This document shows positions 30,464 through 40,679 of a DNA stretch of 64,000 nt, one piece after another. How positions within the stretch are numbered: the stretch's first letter is position 1; each line of letters opens with the position of its first letter. The notes beneath the pieces are model-generated. The model was not told the origin of the DNA. It worked only from the letters and a program-made list of their open reading frames with translations, and did not search any database. The stretch comes from a bacterium (GTDB lineage: Bacteria > Patescibacteriota > Andersenbacteria > UBA10190 > CAIZMI01). A program made the translations under genes and the position numbers. Where the stretch lies: positions 193,467 to 257,466 of the forward strand of contig JAUSJG010000008.1 of the NCBI GenBank assembly GCA_030647555.1, given 5' to 3'.

Positions 30464-31264
30464 ATGGCTAAAGAAAAGAAAAAAAGACCGATAATTGCTT
30501 TTGTGGTCCTGTTTATGGCCGTGATTTATGTTTTTAGTCGTGGGTGGCTGGCGCCCTTTCAGGGGGCTTTTTTGCGATTAATTTCCCCGATAACTGCTCC
30601 AAGCGCAAGTGCGACGCAAACGGTTGGGGCGTATTTTTTGTCGTTTCTTCGTGTTGGAACCCTCAGTCGCACGGTGCGTATTCTTGAAAACACGATCGTG
30701 GAAGACCAAGTATTATTGGCGAAATATTCCGGCATTGACGCGGAAAATAAAGTCCTGCGAGAACAATTACGCTTACTACCCAAAAACAAATTTCAGTTAG
30801 TGAGCGCTGATGTGATCGCTCATAGCACCGACGGCGGTAAGGATGTCTTAATTATAAATAGAGGTAATCGTGACGGCATTAAGGAGAATATGCCGGTGAT
30901 TATGAATGATGGAGTGGTGGTTGGTAAAATAGCGCGAGCGGACAATCTTGTGGCGACCGTTATGTTAATGACGGATGTCGATTTTAAGTTGGCGGCAATT
31001 GTAGTCGGAACGAAGGCCCCAGGGCTTATTCATGGAACAAAGGGCTTGGACGTTTCATTGGAGGAAGTGCCGCGTGCGGAAAAGATAAAGATCGGAGAAT
31101 CGGTTGTTACTACGGGGGTTGATGGTGTTTTTCCTCCGGATTTATTAGTGGGGAAAATAAGATCAGTGGACGCGCCGGAAAATGAAATTTTTCAGTCGGC
31201 CAAAGTAACACCGGTTATTGATATCCGACAAGCAAGAATTGTTAGTGTTATAAGGGCTTGGTAA
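30464..31264 (+). CDS. mreC: Rod shape-determining protein MreC
   Basis: N-terminal TM, coiled coil ENKVLREQL, INRGNRDGIKENMPV, VTTGVDGVFPPDLLVG. Confidence 0.93.
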   Translation: MAKEKKKRPIIAFVVLFMAVIYVFSRGWLAPFQGAFLRLISPITAPSASATQTVGAYFLSFLRVGTLSRTVRILENTIVEDQVLLAKYSGIDAENKVLREQLRLLPKNKFQLVSADVIAHSTDGGKDVLIINRGNRDGIKENMPVIMNDGVVVGKIARADNLVATVMLMTDVDFKLAAIVVGTKAPGLIHGTKGLDVSLEEVPRAEKIKIGESVVTTGVDGVFPPDLLVGKIRSVDAPENEIFQSAKVTPVIDIRQARIVSVIRAW

Positions 31265-31783
31265 ATGAAATATTATCTGACACTAATTGGTTTTTTTGTT
31301 GTTTTGGTCGGTTTGGACATGTTTTTTTCACGGTTGTTTATGCGATCGAATGTATCGTTGGTATTGGCGTTTTTACTCACGACAGCTTTTATTATTCCGC
31401 AAAAAACACGTTATATTTTTAGAACATTAATTCCTCTGATGCTGATTTGCGGTTTGGCGGGAGATAGTATGTCTGCCGTTTCGCCCGGGATAATATTTAT
31501 AACTTATTGTTTATTGGCAATTATTGTTTTATCGATTTCTAAAAATATACCCAGTGCCGATAGTATCGGCTATTTAATACTCGTTGTATTTTCTGTTTGT
31601 CTTATCTATCGTCTTTTCTTTGGTGTTGTATTTAATGGAATTAGTTTTGAGATTGTCTCTTCTGTTTTATTACCTTCTTTTTTCTCGGCAATCTATACGA
31701 CAGTTGGCGCAGTAGTGATTGCTTATTTGTTTGAGACGTCATTCGGGCGTGGTCTCGGAAAAATTATTTTTAATGAAGATTAA
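31265..31783 (+). CDS. mreD: Probable MreD membrane protein
   Basis: Five TM helices, GLAGD motif, position between mreC and PBP2. Confidence 0.65.
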   Translation: MKYYLTLIGFFVVLVGLDMFFSRLFMRSNVSLVLAFLLTTAFIIPQKTRYIFRTLIPLMLICGLAGDSMSAVSPGIIFITYCLLAIIVLSISKNIPSADSIGYLILVVFSVCLIYRLFFGVVFNGISFEIVSSVLLPSFFSAIYTTVGAVVIAYLFETSFGRGLGKIIFNED

Positions 31784-33797
31784 TAATACCGGTAAAATAA
31801 GGGCGCGACAGATTCTCACAAATATACACAGTTCCAGTCAGACTAGTGGCGAGGATTTTTTTGTTCTGCCAACCGGAGAATTGCATCCTATGGCTGATGC
31901 TGTTCCGATAAATCGTCTAAAGTTTTTAGGTTTTGCGGGTATTTTATTACTTGGAATTTTAGTTTTAAGAGGGACGTATCTTCAAGCATCACAGGGTATT
32001 TTCAGAAAACAAGTGCAGAATAATTGGTTGCGTTTGCGGGTTGAATACGCACCACGTGGCGTGATATTTGATCATAAGGGTCAGCAACTCGTGCAAAATG
32101 TTGCTTCGACCGACTTGGTTATTTATCCTATTCAACTGCCAAAAGATATTGAATCAGAAATTACAATTTTAAGAGAGATATTTACGAATGTACCGGCCGA
32201 AGCCTTTCAGGAAATCATGAATGGGGCAAATAGAACTTCAACGTTGCCGGTGCCGCTTTTATCGAATATCACACACGAACAAATGGTGGCCGTTCTTGCC
32301 AGAGAGGATGAGCTTCCGGGTTTAAGTGTTGAAAATTTGCCGACGCGTGAATACAAAGACGGAAATATCTTCGCGCATATTATGGGTTACATGGGCCGAA
32401 TTAGCGAGGAAGAACATAAAAAGAATCCGGATTATTTATTGACCGAATCCTTGGGGAAAAACGGTGTAGAGAGCGCGTACGAAAGTGTGCTTAGGGGTGA
32501 ACACGGGGCAAGGCGAGAAGAAGTGAATTCGAGTGGGCGTATTATTAATGATTTGGGTACCGTTCCCGCTAAACCGGGATTGAATTTAAAATTGAATATT
32601 GATGCCGATTTGCAAAAAAGACTATATCAAGATTTGGAGATTGAACTAAAAAATGCGGGGGCGTCCAGAGCAACGGCGGTCGCGCTTGATCCAAGAACCG
32701 GCGGTGTGCTGGCGATGGTGAGTATTCCGTCGTTTGATAATACGAAATTAACGCAGGGAATTTCCGGTAAAGACGCTACGGATCTGTTTTCCAACAAAGA
32801 CACGCCAATGCTGAATCGCGCGATTCAAGGAGAATATCCTCCCGGTTCAACATTTAAGTTGGCCGTTGCGATTGCCGGGTTAGAGGAAAAAATTATTACA
32901 TCGGAAACTACCATAAACAGTACCGGGGGAATTAGAGTGGGATCTTGGTTTTTCCCTGATTGGAAACCGGGTGGTCATGGAATTACAAATCTTAATAAGG
33001 CTATCGCGGAATCGGTAAATACTTATTTTTATACATTGGGTGGAGGTTTGGATAATGTAAAAGGGCTCGGAATTGAAAAAATGGAAAGTTGGGCAAAAAA
33101 AATGGGTTTTGGCGGACAAGTCGGCATTGATATTCCCGGTGAAGTCGATGGTTTCTTGCCAACCGCGGATTGGAAGTTAAAAGTTAAAAAAGAACCTTGG
33201 TATATTGGCGATACTTATCATGCCGCGATTGGTCAAGGAGATATCTTAGTAACGCCGTTGCAGATCGCCCAGATTACCGCCGTGATTGCCAATGGTGGAA
33301 TATTTTACGAGCCGCGGATTGTGAATAGTTTGGTAAAAAACGATGGGGGGGTAGTTGAAGAAATTAAGCCGGTAAAACGTCCCGGAAGCTCGATTGATGC
33401 TTCTATCGCCAATATAATGCGTCAGGCGATGCGTGAGACGGTATTAACCGGTTCGGGCAGGGCACTGGGTGATTTGTCGGTTGCTGTGGCCGGTAAGACG
33501 GGCACCGCTCAATCGGCGAGCGGGTTGGAGAATACCCATGCCTGGTTTACGTCATTCGCGCCTTATGATAATCCGCAAATCGCGCTGACAATTTTATTGG
33601 AAAAAGCGGGTGGAGGAGATAAAATTGCCGTTCCAATCGCCAAAGATATTTATGGTTGGTATTTTGGGGACAGGACGAAGGAGAGCACGTTACTAAAATC
33701 CAATGATGTATCTACGGTAAAACCGCCTTTGAGTGTGGTCCCGACACTACTACCAAGTATAAAGCCTGTTCCTGCTGTTTTGCCAAAGAATAATTAA
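31773..33797 (+). CDS. mrdA: Penicillin-binding protein 2 (class B)
   Basis: APRGVIFD, YPPGSTFK (SxxK), ESVN (SxN), GKTGTAQ (KTG); start codon uncertain. Confidence 0.93.
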   Translation: MKINNTGKIRARQILTNIHSSSQTSGEDFFVLPTGELHPMADAVPINRLKFLGFAGILLLGILVLRGTYLQASQGIFRKQVQNNWLRLRVEYAPRGVIFDHKGQQLVQNVASTDLVIYPIQLPKDIESEITILREIFTNVPAEAFQEIMNGANRTSTLPVPLLSNITHEQMVAVLAREDELPGLSVENLPTREYKDGNIFAHIMGYMGRISEEEHKKNPDYLLTESLGKNGVESAYESVLRGEHGARREEVNSSGRIINDLGTVPAKPGLNLKLNIDADLQKRLYQDLEIELKNAGASRATAVALDPRTGGVLAMVSIPSFDNTKLTQGISGKDATDLFSNKDTPMLNRAIQGEYPPGSTFKLAVAIAGLEEKIITSETTINSTGGIRVGSWFFPDWKPGGHGITNLNKAIAESVNTYFYTLGGGLDNVKGLGIEKMESWAKKMGFGGQVGIDIPGEVDGFLPTADWKLKVKKEPWYIGDTYHAAIGQGDILVTPLQIAQITAVIANGGIFYEPRIVNSLVKNDGGVVEEIKPVKRPGSSIDASIANIMRQAMRETVLTGSGRALGDLSVAVAGKTGTAQSASGLENTHAWFTSFAPYDNPQIALTILLEKAGGGDKIAVPIAKDIYGWYFGDRTKESTLLKSNDVSTVKPPLSVVPTLLPSIKPVPAVLPKNN

Positions 33798-33806
33798 TAA
33801 GTGAGT

Positions 33807-33941
33807 CAATTTGAAATTTGAAATTTAGAATTTGAAATCAATTTTTAATATCTAAATTTGAAATACGAACGCGTTTTTTCAAATTAATTTATTACGATAT
33901 TTCAAATTGATTAAAAATTTCAAATTATAAATTAAAAATTG
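33807..33941. repeat. Heptamer-unit inverted repeat (AATTTnn type)
   Basis: caatttgaaatttgaaatttagaatttgaaatcaattt pairs with aaattgattaaaaatttcaaattataaattaaaaattg. Confidence 0.85.
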
Positions 33942-33994
33942 GGGAACCCATATTGTGCATTGTTTGGAATATTATTATTGATGCCACTTTCCCC

Positions 33995-34023
33995 TTGACG
34001 TCAATTTGAATGTCGTGTACCGT
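33995..34023 (+). promoter_or_regulatory. Probable greA promoter TTGACG-17-TACCGT
   Basis: Hexamers and spacing read from the sequence; gives a leader of about 120 nt containing a long hairpin. Confidence 0.6.
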
Positions 34024-34148
34024 ATCTGTCCATAGCACATAAAAAATCAGTGTTTGGCATGGCGAAGTGACCATATAACGGTTATTGTCACAAGCCCCAA
34101 GCACGAAATTATGTGTTTAAGATTAATTTGTCAGTAACCAATAACATC

Positions 34149-34610
34149 ATGTATCAGAAAAAAAATCCGATAACCGAAGAAGGTCTGCGAAAATTACAGG
34201 AAGAGTTGAATATTTTGAAGACCACCCGTCGTCATGAGGTTGCGCAAGCAATTCAAACGGCGAAGGAACAAGGTGATTTGTCTGAAAATGCCGAATATGT
34301 TGACGCGAAGGACGCGCAAGGTTTGTTGGAACAACGGATTATCGATTTGGAAGCACTCTTAAAAAATGCCGAAATTATCCATAAGGATTCCAATGGCCGG
34401 ATCAATGTTGGCGATACTGTTAAAGTCGATATGGCCGGTAAAGAAACTTTGTTTACAATTGTTGGGCCGAATGAGGCGGAACCCGCCAAAGGAAAAATTT
34501 CCAATGAATCACCTTTGGGCGTCGCGTTGCAGGGAAAAAAAGCGGGTGATGTTGCATCGGTTCGCACACCAAACGGCAACAAGCAAGTGAAGGTATTGAG
34601 CGTCGGGTAA
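34149..34610 (+). CDS. greA: Transcription elongation factor GreA
   Basis: ITEEGLRKLQEEL, GDLSENAEY, GKISNESPLG; ATG at 34149. Confidence 0.97.
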   Translation: MYQKKNPITEEGLRKLQEELNILKTTRRHEVAQAIQTAKEQGDLSENAEYVDAKDAQGLLEQRIIDLEALLKNAEIIHKDSNGRINVGDTVKVDMAGKETLFTIVGPNEAEPAKGKISNESPLGVALQGKKAGDVASVRTPNGNKQVKVLSVG

Positions 34611-34624
34611 GAAATAGGAATGCT

Positions 34625-34655
34625 AAAAATAGCGACCGGTTTGGTCGCTATTTTT
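34625..34655 (+). terminator. Bidirectional-type intrinsic terminator after greA
   Basis: AAAAATAGCGACC-ggttt-GGTCGCTATTTTT. Confidence 0.85.
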
Positions 34656-34666
34656 GTAACCGGCGT

Positions 34667-34708
34667 ACCACTCCCGAAGTGGCCCAACGGATTCACTTCG
34701 GGAGTGGT
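34667..34708. repeat. 15-bp perfect inverted repeat (REP-like) upstream of the helicase
   Basis: ACCACTCCCGAAGTG-12 nt-CACTTCGGGAGTGGT. Confidence 0.8.
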
Positions 34709-34745
34709 TTTCGGTTGGCGTCAATTTTTGTAGTATCATTAGGTA

Positions 34746-36323
34746 ATGCTCCAAAAAGAAGTTCTTGATATTCTTAAGACCGGTGCCTCGGTTTTTTTGA
34801 CCGGTGAACCCGGTAGTGGGAAGACACACGTTATTCGCGAATATATCAGATATTTGCGTTCCGTGAAAATTGATGTCGCGGTTACCGCTTCTACTGGAAT
34901 TGCGGCGACGCACCTTGGTGGCGTGACGATTAATTCTTGGAGCGGGATTGGGATTAAGAAAATTCTTTCGAAATATGATCTCGATTACATCGCGAGTAAT
35001 GAGTATTTGGTAAAAAGAATTACTAAAACGAAGGTGCTCATTATTGATGAGGTATCGATGTTGGATGGTAGTACATTGGATAGTATTGAACGTGTTTGTC
35101 GCGCCATCAAACAGTCGGAGTTGCCTTTTGGCGGGATGCAAACTGTTTTGGTTGGTGATTTTTTTCAACTTCCGCCCGTGGCCAGACAGGGCGAACCGCC
35201 GGCCAAATTCGCGTTTGATTGCGCCGCTTGGTTTAAGGGGAAATTTTTGGTCTGTTATTTGCATGAGCAGTTTCGGCAAAGTGATCAAGATTTTTTAAAT
35301 GTTTTATCGGCCGTGCGAAAAAACGCGGTAACAGATGAACATTTAGCGCATTTGGATAAGCGATGTGTGGAACTGGATTTTAGCGGTGCGACGCCCGCCC
35401 CGGGAGGCGAGGCTCGCCCTGATGGGCGGCAATTAACACGGTTATATTCACATAATTTGGATGTTGATAATGTTAATAATGAGGCGCTAAAGAAAATTCC
35501 CGGCGAGGCAAAGATATTTAAAATGGAAACAACCGGACGCAGAATATTGGTTGATCAAATTAAACGCGGTTGCTTATCGCCGGAAACTTTAGTGTTAAAA
35601 AAGGACGCAGTGGTGATGTTTACCAAAAATAGCCCCAAAGGATTGTTTGTTAACGGTACTTTGGGTCGTGTGGTGGAATTTAATTCATTTAGCGGAATGC
35701 CGGTGGTAAAAACAAAAGACGGCAGAAAGATTGAAACCGAAAAAATGGATTGGGCGATTGATGACAACGGGCGCGTGTTGGCGCGGGTCAGTCAAATTCC
35801 ATTGCGTCTGGCATGGGCTTTAACTGTTCATAAGAGTCAGGGGATGTCGCTGGACGTGGCGTTTATCGACTTGAGAACCGCTTTTGTGGCCGGTCAGGGT
35901 TATGTGGCATTATCGCGCGTGCGAACATTGCAGGGTTTGTTTTTGTGCGGGTATAACAAACAGGCTTTATTGGTGCATCCGGAAGTTTTAGTGAAAGATG
36001 TGGATTTTCGGGCGCAATCGGAAGCCCTGTCGCAAGAGTTTTCTAAATTATCGGCAGAGGAACTGGAAAAGATGCATCGGAATTATATTCAAGGAATGGG
36101 CGGTGTTTTGAAAACTAGCGGGGAAAGTGAAAAAAAATATTCCTTGGAAATAATTCGCGAAAAATTTAAAAATGCGTACGCCAAATGGACGGAGGAAGAT
36201 GACAAATTATTGGCGGAATTATTTGGCCAGGGCAGGGGATATAAGGATATGGCCAATCACTTTGGTCGTAAAACCGGCGCGATTACGGCGCGTTTAAAGA
36301 AACTAAAGCTGATTGAGGAATAA
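34746..36323 (+). CDS. PIF1/RecD-family SF1B helicase with C-terminal HTH-like domain
   Basis: TGEPGSGKT, TASTGIAA, IIDEVSM, GDFFQLPP, LAWALTVHKSQGMSLD, GQGYVALSR. Confidence 0.92.
   Translation: MLQKEVLDILKTGASVFLTGEPGSGKTHVIREYIRYLRSVKIDVAVTASTGIAATHLGGVTINSWSGIGIKKILSKYDLDYIASNEYLVKRITKTKVLIIDEVSMLDGSTLDSIERVCRAIKQSELPFGGMQTVLVGDFFQLPPVARQGEPPAKFAFDCAAWFKGKFLVCYLHEQFRQSDQDFLNVLSAVRKNAVTDEHLAHLDKRCVELDFSGATPAPGGEARPDGRQLTRLYSHNLDVDNVNNEALKKIPGEAKIFKMETTGRRILVDQIKRGCLSPETLVLKKDAVVMFTKNSPKGLFVNGTLGRVVEFNSFSGMPVVKTKDGRKIETEKMDWAIDDNGRVLARVSQIPLRLAWALTVHKSQGMSLDVAFIDLRTAFVAGQGYVALSRVRTLQGLFLCGYNKQALLVHPEVLVKDVDFRAQSEALSQEFSKLSAEELEKMHRNYIQGMGGVLKTSGESEKKYSLEIIREKFKNAYAKWTEEDDKLLAELFGQGRGYKDMANHFGRKTGAITARLKKLKLIEE
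35394..35429. repeat. 36-bp double-hairpin element inserted in frame (PAPGGEARPDGR)
   Basis: cccgccccgggaggcgaggctcgccctgatgggcgg is exactly 12 codons; matches 30327 and 46814. Confidence 0.92.
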
Positions 36324-36349
36324 AAAAAACCGTAGCTCGTAAGCTACGG
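36322..36349 (-). terminator. Intrinsic terminator between convergent genes
   Basis: CCGTAGCT-cgta-AGCTACGG stem with T8 on the minus strand. Confidence 0.8.
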
Positions 36350-37780
36350 GGGAGTCGGATTTTGTTCACTCAGCAACCATTTGGCTGCATCCTCGGCGGT
36401 GTAGGAATTTCCCGGGCCTGTCATAAGATGTCGAAGGAAGTCGACATTTCCAAGTGTAACAATTGCCGGTTCTCCTTCATTGTTCATTCCTGCTGTCGTG
36501 AGAAGACCATTGCAAAGGCATTTTCGTCCTTCTGTGTCCTCTCTGATGCCTCCTTGGGCAACATAGTGGTCGATGGGCCCGCTTGGACATCGGTACCCGA
36601 TTGTGCCATCGGATTTTTGGTAAGGTGTACAAAGTACACCATGGTCACAAATGCGTTCGCGATTTTCGAAAACCTTGGTTTCTGCAACGGTTCCTTCCAG
36701 CATGGCAACCATAAAGGGGTAACCAGTCGGCGACACTTGCATGTCCTGGTTAGTTTTCAGTTTCCCAAAAAAACCTAGAGCACGCAGTCTTCTGCGCAGT
36801 TTTGGATCCATCCCTGATTCCTCGCAGAGAGCAAAAATGGAACCAACTTGAACTCCTTGTGCGCCCAATGCCAAGGCTTCGGCAAGTTTTTTTGGCGAAG
36901 CATAATTGCCTCCGATCCAAAACGGAAGGCCGAGGGAGGCAATTCTGGCGTGATCAATTACGTCTTTCTCTCCATAGATCGGAAGCATTTTTCCACCAGC
37001 ATCGAAAACTGGACGTCGTGGAGGAGCGTTGTGCCCGGCCGCGGTGTTTTCCTCAACGCCAAATCCGGAAATGCTTCCTTTGGGGAGTCTGCTGGACAAC
37101 CTGACAAAGGCATTTGCAGCTGCATAAGAAGAAACGACTGGGATAAATCCTGGTCTTTCCATTGTAGGCAACTTAGCCCCAAAGAATGACTCAAAATCAA
37201 ACAACACCGTGTGTTTATTTGATTTTGAACCTAGAACAGGGACTTCATAGTGCGCGGGCCTTCCTTCGAGGATGTCTGTGATCATTGCCGGAACAGACAA
37301 AGCCATTCCCGCCCCCATTGTGATGAAGTTTGCGTTGGCGAGCATTGCTCCCACAACAGCGAAGGGATGGGGCATAGCGATCTTTTCGAGGTAGTTGATC
37401 GTGATCGGATGATCGTGTCCTTCTTTGGCAAGCCAAACGAAGGAGTAGTTTGCGCAAACTACGAGGGCAATGAGGAGTCTGCTTGGGTTGACCGTAAAAG
37501 AGGGCGCATTTTTGAAGCGACCTTTCTTTACACCACCGGCGACGAAGTATTTATCCATTACTTCATTAACAACGGCTTGAAATGGAAATGTTGCCAACGC
37601 GCGACGAATGTTTTCATCGGGGTCGCCTCGTTGCAAAATGGCCACCAACACCCTTTCCAGCGCGACACCGGAAACGGTGCCGTATTGGCCTAACATGGCG
37701 ATAGTCTTTGCTAGTCTTGGGCAGGAAATGTTTACACCCATTCCGCCACAACGAATCATTCCGAAGGTTTTGTTGCTCAC
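36344..37780 (-). CDS. Nitronate monooxygenase/FMN TIM-barrel oxidoreductase family protein with Cys-rich C-terminus
   Basis: GGMGVNIS, GTVSG, AAGHNAPPR, GAQGVQVGSIFALCEESG, SPTGYPF, RKCLCNGL; GTG 37780 follows AAGGA. Confidence 0.82.
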   Translation of the reverse strand: MSNKTFGMIRCGGMGVNISCPRLAKTIAMLGQYGTVSGVALERVLVAILQRGDPDENIRRALATFPFQAVVNEVMDKYFVAGGVKKGRFKNAPSFTVNPSRLLIALVVCANYSFVWLAKEGHDHPITINYLEKIAMPHPFAVVGAMLANANFITMGAGMALSVPAMITDILEGRPAHYEVPVLGSKSNKHTVLFDFESFFGAKLPTMERPGFIPVVSSYAAANAFVRLSSRLPKGSISGFGVEENTAAGHNAPPRRPVFDAGGKMLPIYGEKDVIDHARIASLGLPFWIGGNYASPKKLAEALALGAQGVQVGSIFALCEESGMDPKLRRRLRALGFFGKLKTNQDMQVSPTGYPFMVAMLEGTVAETKVFENRERICDHGVLCTPYQKSDGTIGYRCPSGPIDHYVAQGGIREDTEGRKCLCNGLLTTAGMNNEGEPAIVTLGNVDFLRHLMTGPGNSYTAEDAAKWLLSEQNPTPP

Positions 37781-37890
37781 TGTATGTTCCTTATTTTTGA
37801 GTGTCAATGTTCAATCCCACGGTTAGAATAGCAGAAAAGGAGAAAAAATCTATATTTGTCATGAGTAGTGAATTTCAGTATAATCACTGC

Positions 37891-39363
37891 ATGCGCGAAG
37901 ATTTGATTACAACCCGTGAAGAACATGTTAAACGGCTTCAAGACGCGGGCCGAAATCTTTATCCAACTTGGAATGGGCGGACACATTCCGTAACCGACAT
38001 CCATGAACAAAGTGAAGTATTAATAAGTGATAAAACTGTTGTTACTACGGCGGGGAGGTTGAGTGCAAAAAGGAAACATGGCGGGTCTACATTCGCGGAT
38101 ATTGTCGATGGTGGTGGAAAAATTCAAATTTGGATAAAGCGCGACTTGGTTGGCGTTGAAAATTATACATTGATCGAAGCTTTGGATTTGGGTGATATTG
38201 TGGCGTTTACGGGGGCAGTTATTAAAACAGAGGCCGGTGAGTTAACGGTGCAGTGTGAAAAATGGGAGCTCCTTACAAAGTCTCTTACACCGCTTCCCGA
38301 TACTTGGTATGGCCTAAAAGATGTTGAAGTACGTGCCAGACAACGCGAGTTGGATTTGTTGATAAATAAAGAATCAAGAGAGACGTTTGTGATGCGAAGC
38401 AAAATTATTCAAGCGATGCGCGAATTTCTTTTACGGAATAATTTTATGGAAGTGGAAACACCTGTTTTGCAGAGTATTGCGGGTGGGGCTTCGGCGCGTC
38501 CGTTTACAACGCATCATAACGCTTTGGATTTGGATTTATTTTTGCGTATTTCGCCGGAACTTTATTTGAAGCGGATGGTTGTAGGTGGTTTTGAACGTGT
38601 GTTTGAAGTGGCGCGCAATTTTCGTAATGAGGGCGTGGATCGCCAACATAATCCGGAATTTACAATGTGTGAGTTTTATATGGCCTACGCGAACATTGAT
38701 GATTTGATCAGTTTATCCGAAAAAATGTTTTCCGCGATTTTTTCCGGCGTTGGCAAAGGGGACAAAATTACATACCAGGGCGTTGAACTGGATTTCAAAG
38801 CGCCATGGAAACAAATATCTTATGTTGATACGATTAAAAAAGAAACGGGGATTGATGTATTAGAAGATGTTGACCCGCAAATTTATATTAATTATATGAA
38901 TGATAATAATTTTGATTTACCGGAATCAAAATCATTGCCGGCACTGGTTGATACGTTATTTAAGGAAGCGATTCGCAAGAAAGTAGTACAGCCGGTAATT
39001 GTGAGGGATTTTCCGACGTATATGGAACCTCTGGCAAAACGCGTAGAAGGTAATCCAAAATTGGTACAGCGTGCGCAATTGGTGGCGATGGGGGCGGAAT
39101 TATTTAAAGCTTATACCGAATTAAACGATCCGATTGATCAGGAGAAGCGTTTTATTGAACAGGAACGATATCGTGAGGCCGGCGACGCGGAAGCCCAACA
39201 TATCGATCAAGCTTTTTTGACGGCACTGAAAATAGGTTTACCGCCAACGGCCGGCTGGGGAATGGGTATTGATCGTTTAACAATGCTTTTAACCGATCAA
39301 TCACACATCCGAGACGTGATTACTTTTCCCCTAATGCGCCCGGAGACTGACTCAAATGCTTGA
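37891..39363 (+). CDS. lysS: Lysine-tRNA ligase (class II)
   Basis: GGASARPFTTHHNALD, LRISPELYLKR, FRNEG, GLPPTAGWGMGIDRL; ATG 37891 is 6 nt after TATAAT. Confidence 0.98.
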   Translation: MREDLITTREEHVKRLQDAGRNLYPTWNGRTHSVTDIHEQSEVLISDKTVVTTAGRLSAKRKHGGSTFADIVDGGGKIQIWIKRDLVGVENYTLIEALDLGDIVAFTGAVIKTEAGELTVQCEKWELLTKSLTPLPDTWYGLKDVEVRARQRELDLLINKESRETFVMRSKIIQAMREFLLRNNFMEVETPVLQSIAGGASARPFTTHHNALDLDLFLRISPELYLKRMVVGGFERVFEVARNFRNEGVDRQHNPEFTMCEFYMAYANIDDLISLSEKMFSAIFSGVGKGDKITYQGVELDFKAPWKQISYVDTIKKETGIDVLEDVDPQIYINYMNDNNFDLPESKSLPALVDTLFKEAIRKKVVQPVIVRDFPTYMEPLAKRVEGNPKLVQRAQLVAMGAELFKAYTELNDPIDQEKRFIEQERYREAGDAEAQHIDQAFLTALKIGLPPTAGWGMGIDRLTMLLTDQSHIRDVITFPLMRPETDSNA

Positions 39364-40666
39364 TATAAATTTTGTTAAGGAAAATCTTACATTAGTAAAA
39401 AACGTTTGTCGGGATAAAAATATTGACGTCGATGTTGATAGGCTTGTTGCATTGAATTTGGAAATCGTTAAAAAGAAACAGGAAATTGATGGTCTAAACG
39501 CGGAAAGAAATAAGCTAGCCAAAAGTACCGGTGGCGGAAAACCGACGGAAGAACAATTAAAATTGGCGAGAGAACTGAAGGAAAAAATTGCCACAGTTAC
39601 TGATGGTGCAAATTTGAATGCGCTAGAAAAAGAATATGTCGTTTTGCTCGAAAAACTGCCGAATATTCCTACCGGCGACACGCCTATCGGGAAAAATGAG
39701 GATGAAAATGTTGTTTTGAGTCAATGGGGCGAGATTAAAAAGTTGGATTTCAAACCTCGCGAACACTGGGAAATCGCGGAAAAATTAAATTTGTTGGATA
39801 CGGAAAGAGCAACAAAAGTTTCCGGTTCCCGTTTCGTTTATTTGAGAGGGGATTTGGTGCTTTTGCAATATGCGTTAATCCAGCAAGCTATGGGAATTTT
39901 GATGAGTAGAGAAGCGTTGGCAAAAATAATTGCAGAATTCGGATTATCTGTTTCCGATAAGCCTTTTACTCCGGTTATTCCTCCCGTAATTGTTAAAGCT
40001 GAGGTAATGCAGAGAATGGCGCGGTTGGAGCCCAAAGAGGAACGCTATCACATCGAACAAGACGATTTGTATTTAGTTGGCAGTGCCGAACACACACTTG
40101 GACCAACCTATATGGATGAAACATTAAACGCGGAAGAATTGCCAATTCGTTTAGTAGGTGTTTCATCGGCTTTTAGAAGAGAAGCGGGATCATATGGTAA
40201 AGATACGAAAGGAATGATTCGTTTGCATCAGTTTGAAAAGTGTGAAATGGAATCTTTTTCCGCGCCGGATGCGTCACTGGAAGAACATAAACTGTTTTCG
40301 GCGATTCAGGAAACTTTGATGCGGACATTAAATATTCCTTACCAGGTAATTCTAAAATGCACGGGTGATATGGGTACGCCAAACGCGAGAGCAGCTGATA
40401 TTGAAGCTTGGTTTCCGGGGCAAAATAAATATCGTGAAACGCACACCGCGGATTATATGACGGATTATCAAACGCGTCGTTTGAAGACAAAAATCAAAAT
40501 GAAAGACGGCACTACGACATTCGCGCACATGAATGATGGGACAGCTTTTGCCGGACGAACGATTGCCGCCATTATTGAAAACTATCAACAAGAAGACGGA
40601 AGTGTGATTATTCCGGAAGTGTTGCGCGGTTACTTTGGAGGACGAGAGAAAATTTTAGCCGTCTAA
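39356..40666 (+). CDS. serS: Serine-tRNA ligase
   Basis: MLDINFVKEN, AFRREAGSYGKDTKGMIRLHQFEK, IIENYQ..DGSVIIPEVL. Confidence 0.97.
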   Translation: MLDINFVKENLTLVKNVCRDKNIDVDVDRLVALNLEIVKKKQEIDGLNAERNKLAKSTGGGKPTEEQLKLARELKEKIATVTDGANLNALEKEYVVLLEKLPNIPTGDTPIGKNEDENVVLSQWGEIKKLDFKPREHWEIAEKLNLLDTERATKVSGSRFVYLRGDLVLLQYALIQQAMGILMSREALAKIIAEFGLSVSDKPFTPVIPPVIVKAEVMQRMARLEPKEERYHIEQDDLYLVGSAEHTLGPTYMDETLNAEELPIRLVGVSSAFRREAGSYGKDTKGMIRLHQFEKCEMESFSAPDASLEEHKLFSAIQETLMRTLNIPYQVILKCTGDMGTPNARAADIEAWFPGQNKYRETHTADYMTDYQTRRLKTKIKMKDGTTTFAHMNDGTAFAGRTIAAIIENYQQEDGSVIIPEVLRGYFGGREKILAV

Positions 40667-40679
40667 TTTTTTAAGACCG

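Noticed and set aside
34623-35288. 221-aa antisense ORF and the many other short antisense or shifted ORFs
   Set aside because: They are shadows of well-supported genes and show no recognisable motifs or expression signals.
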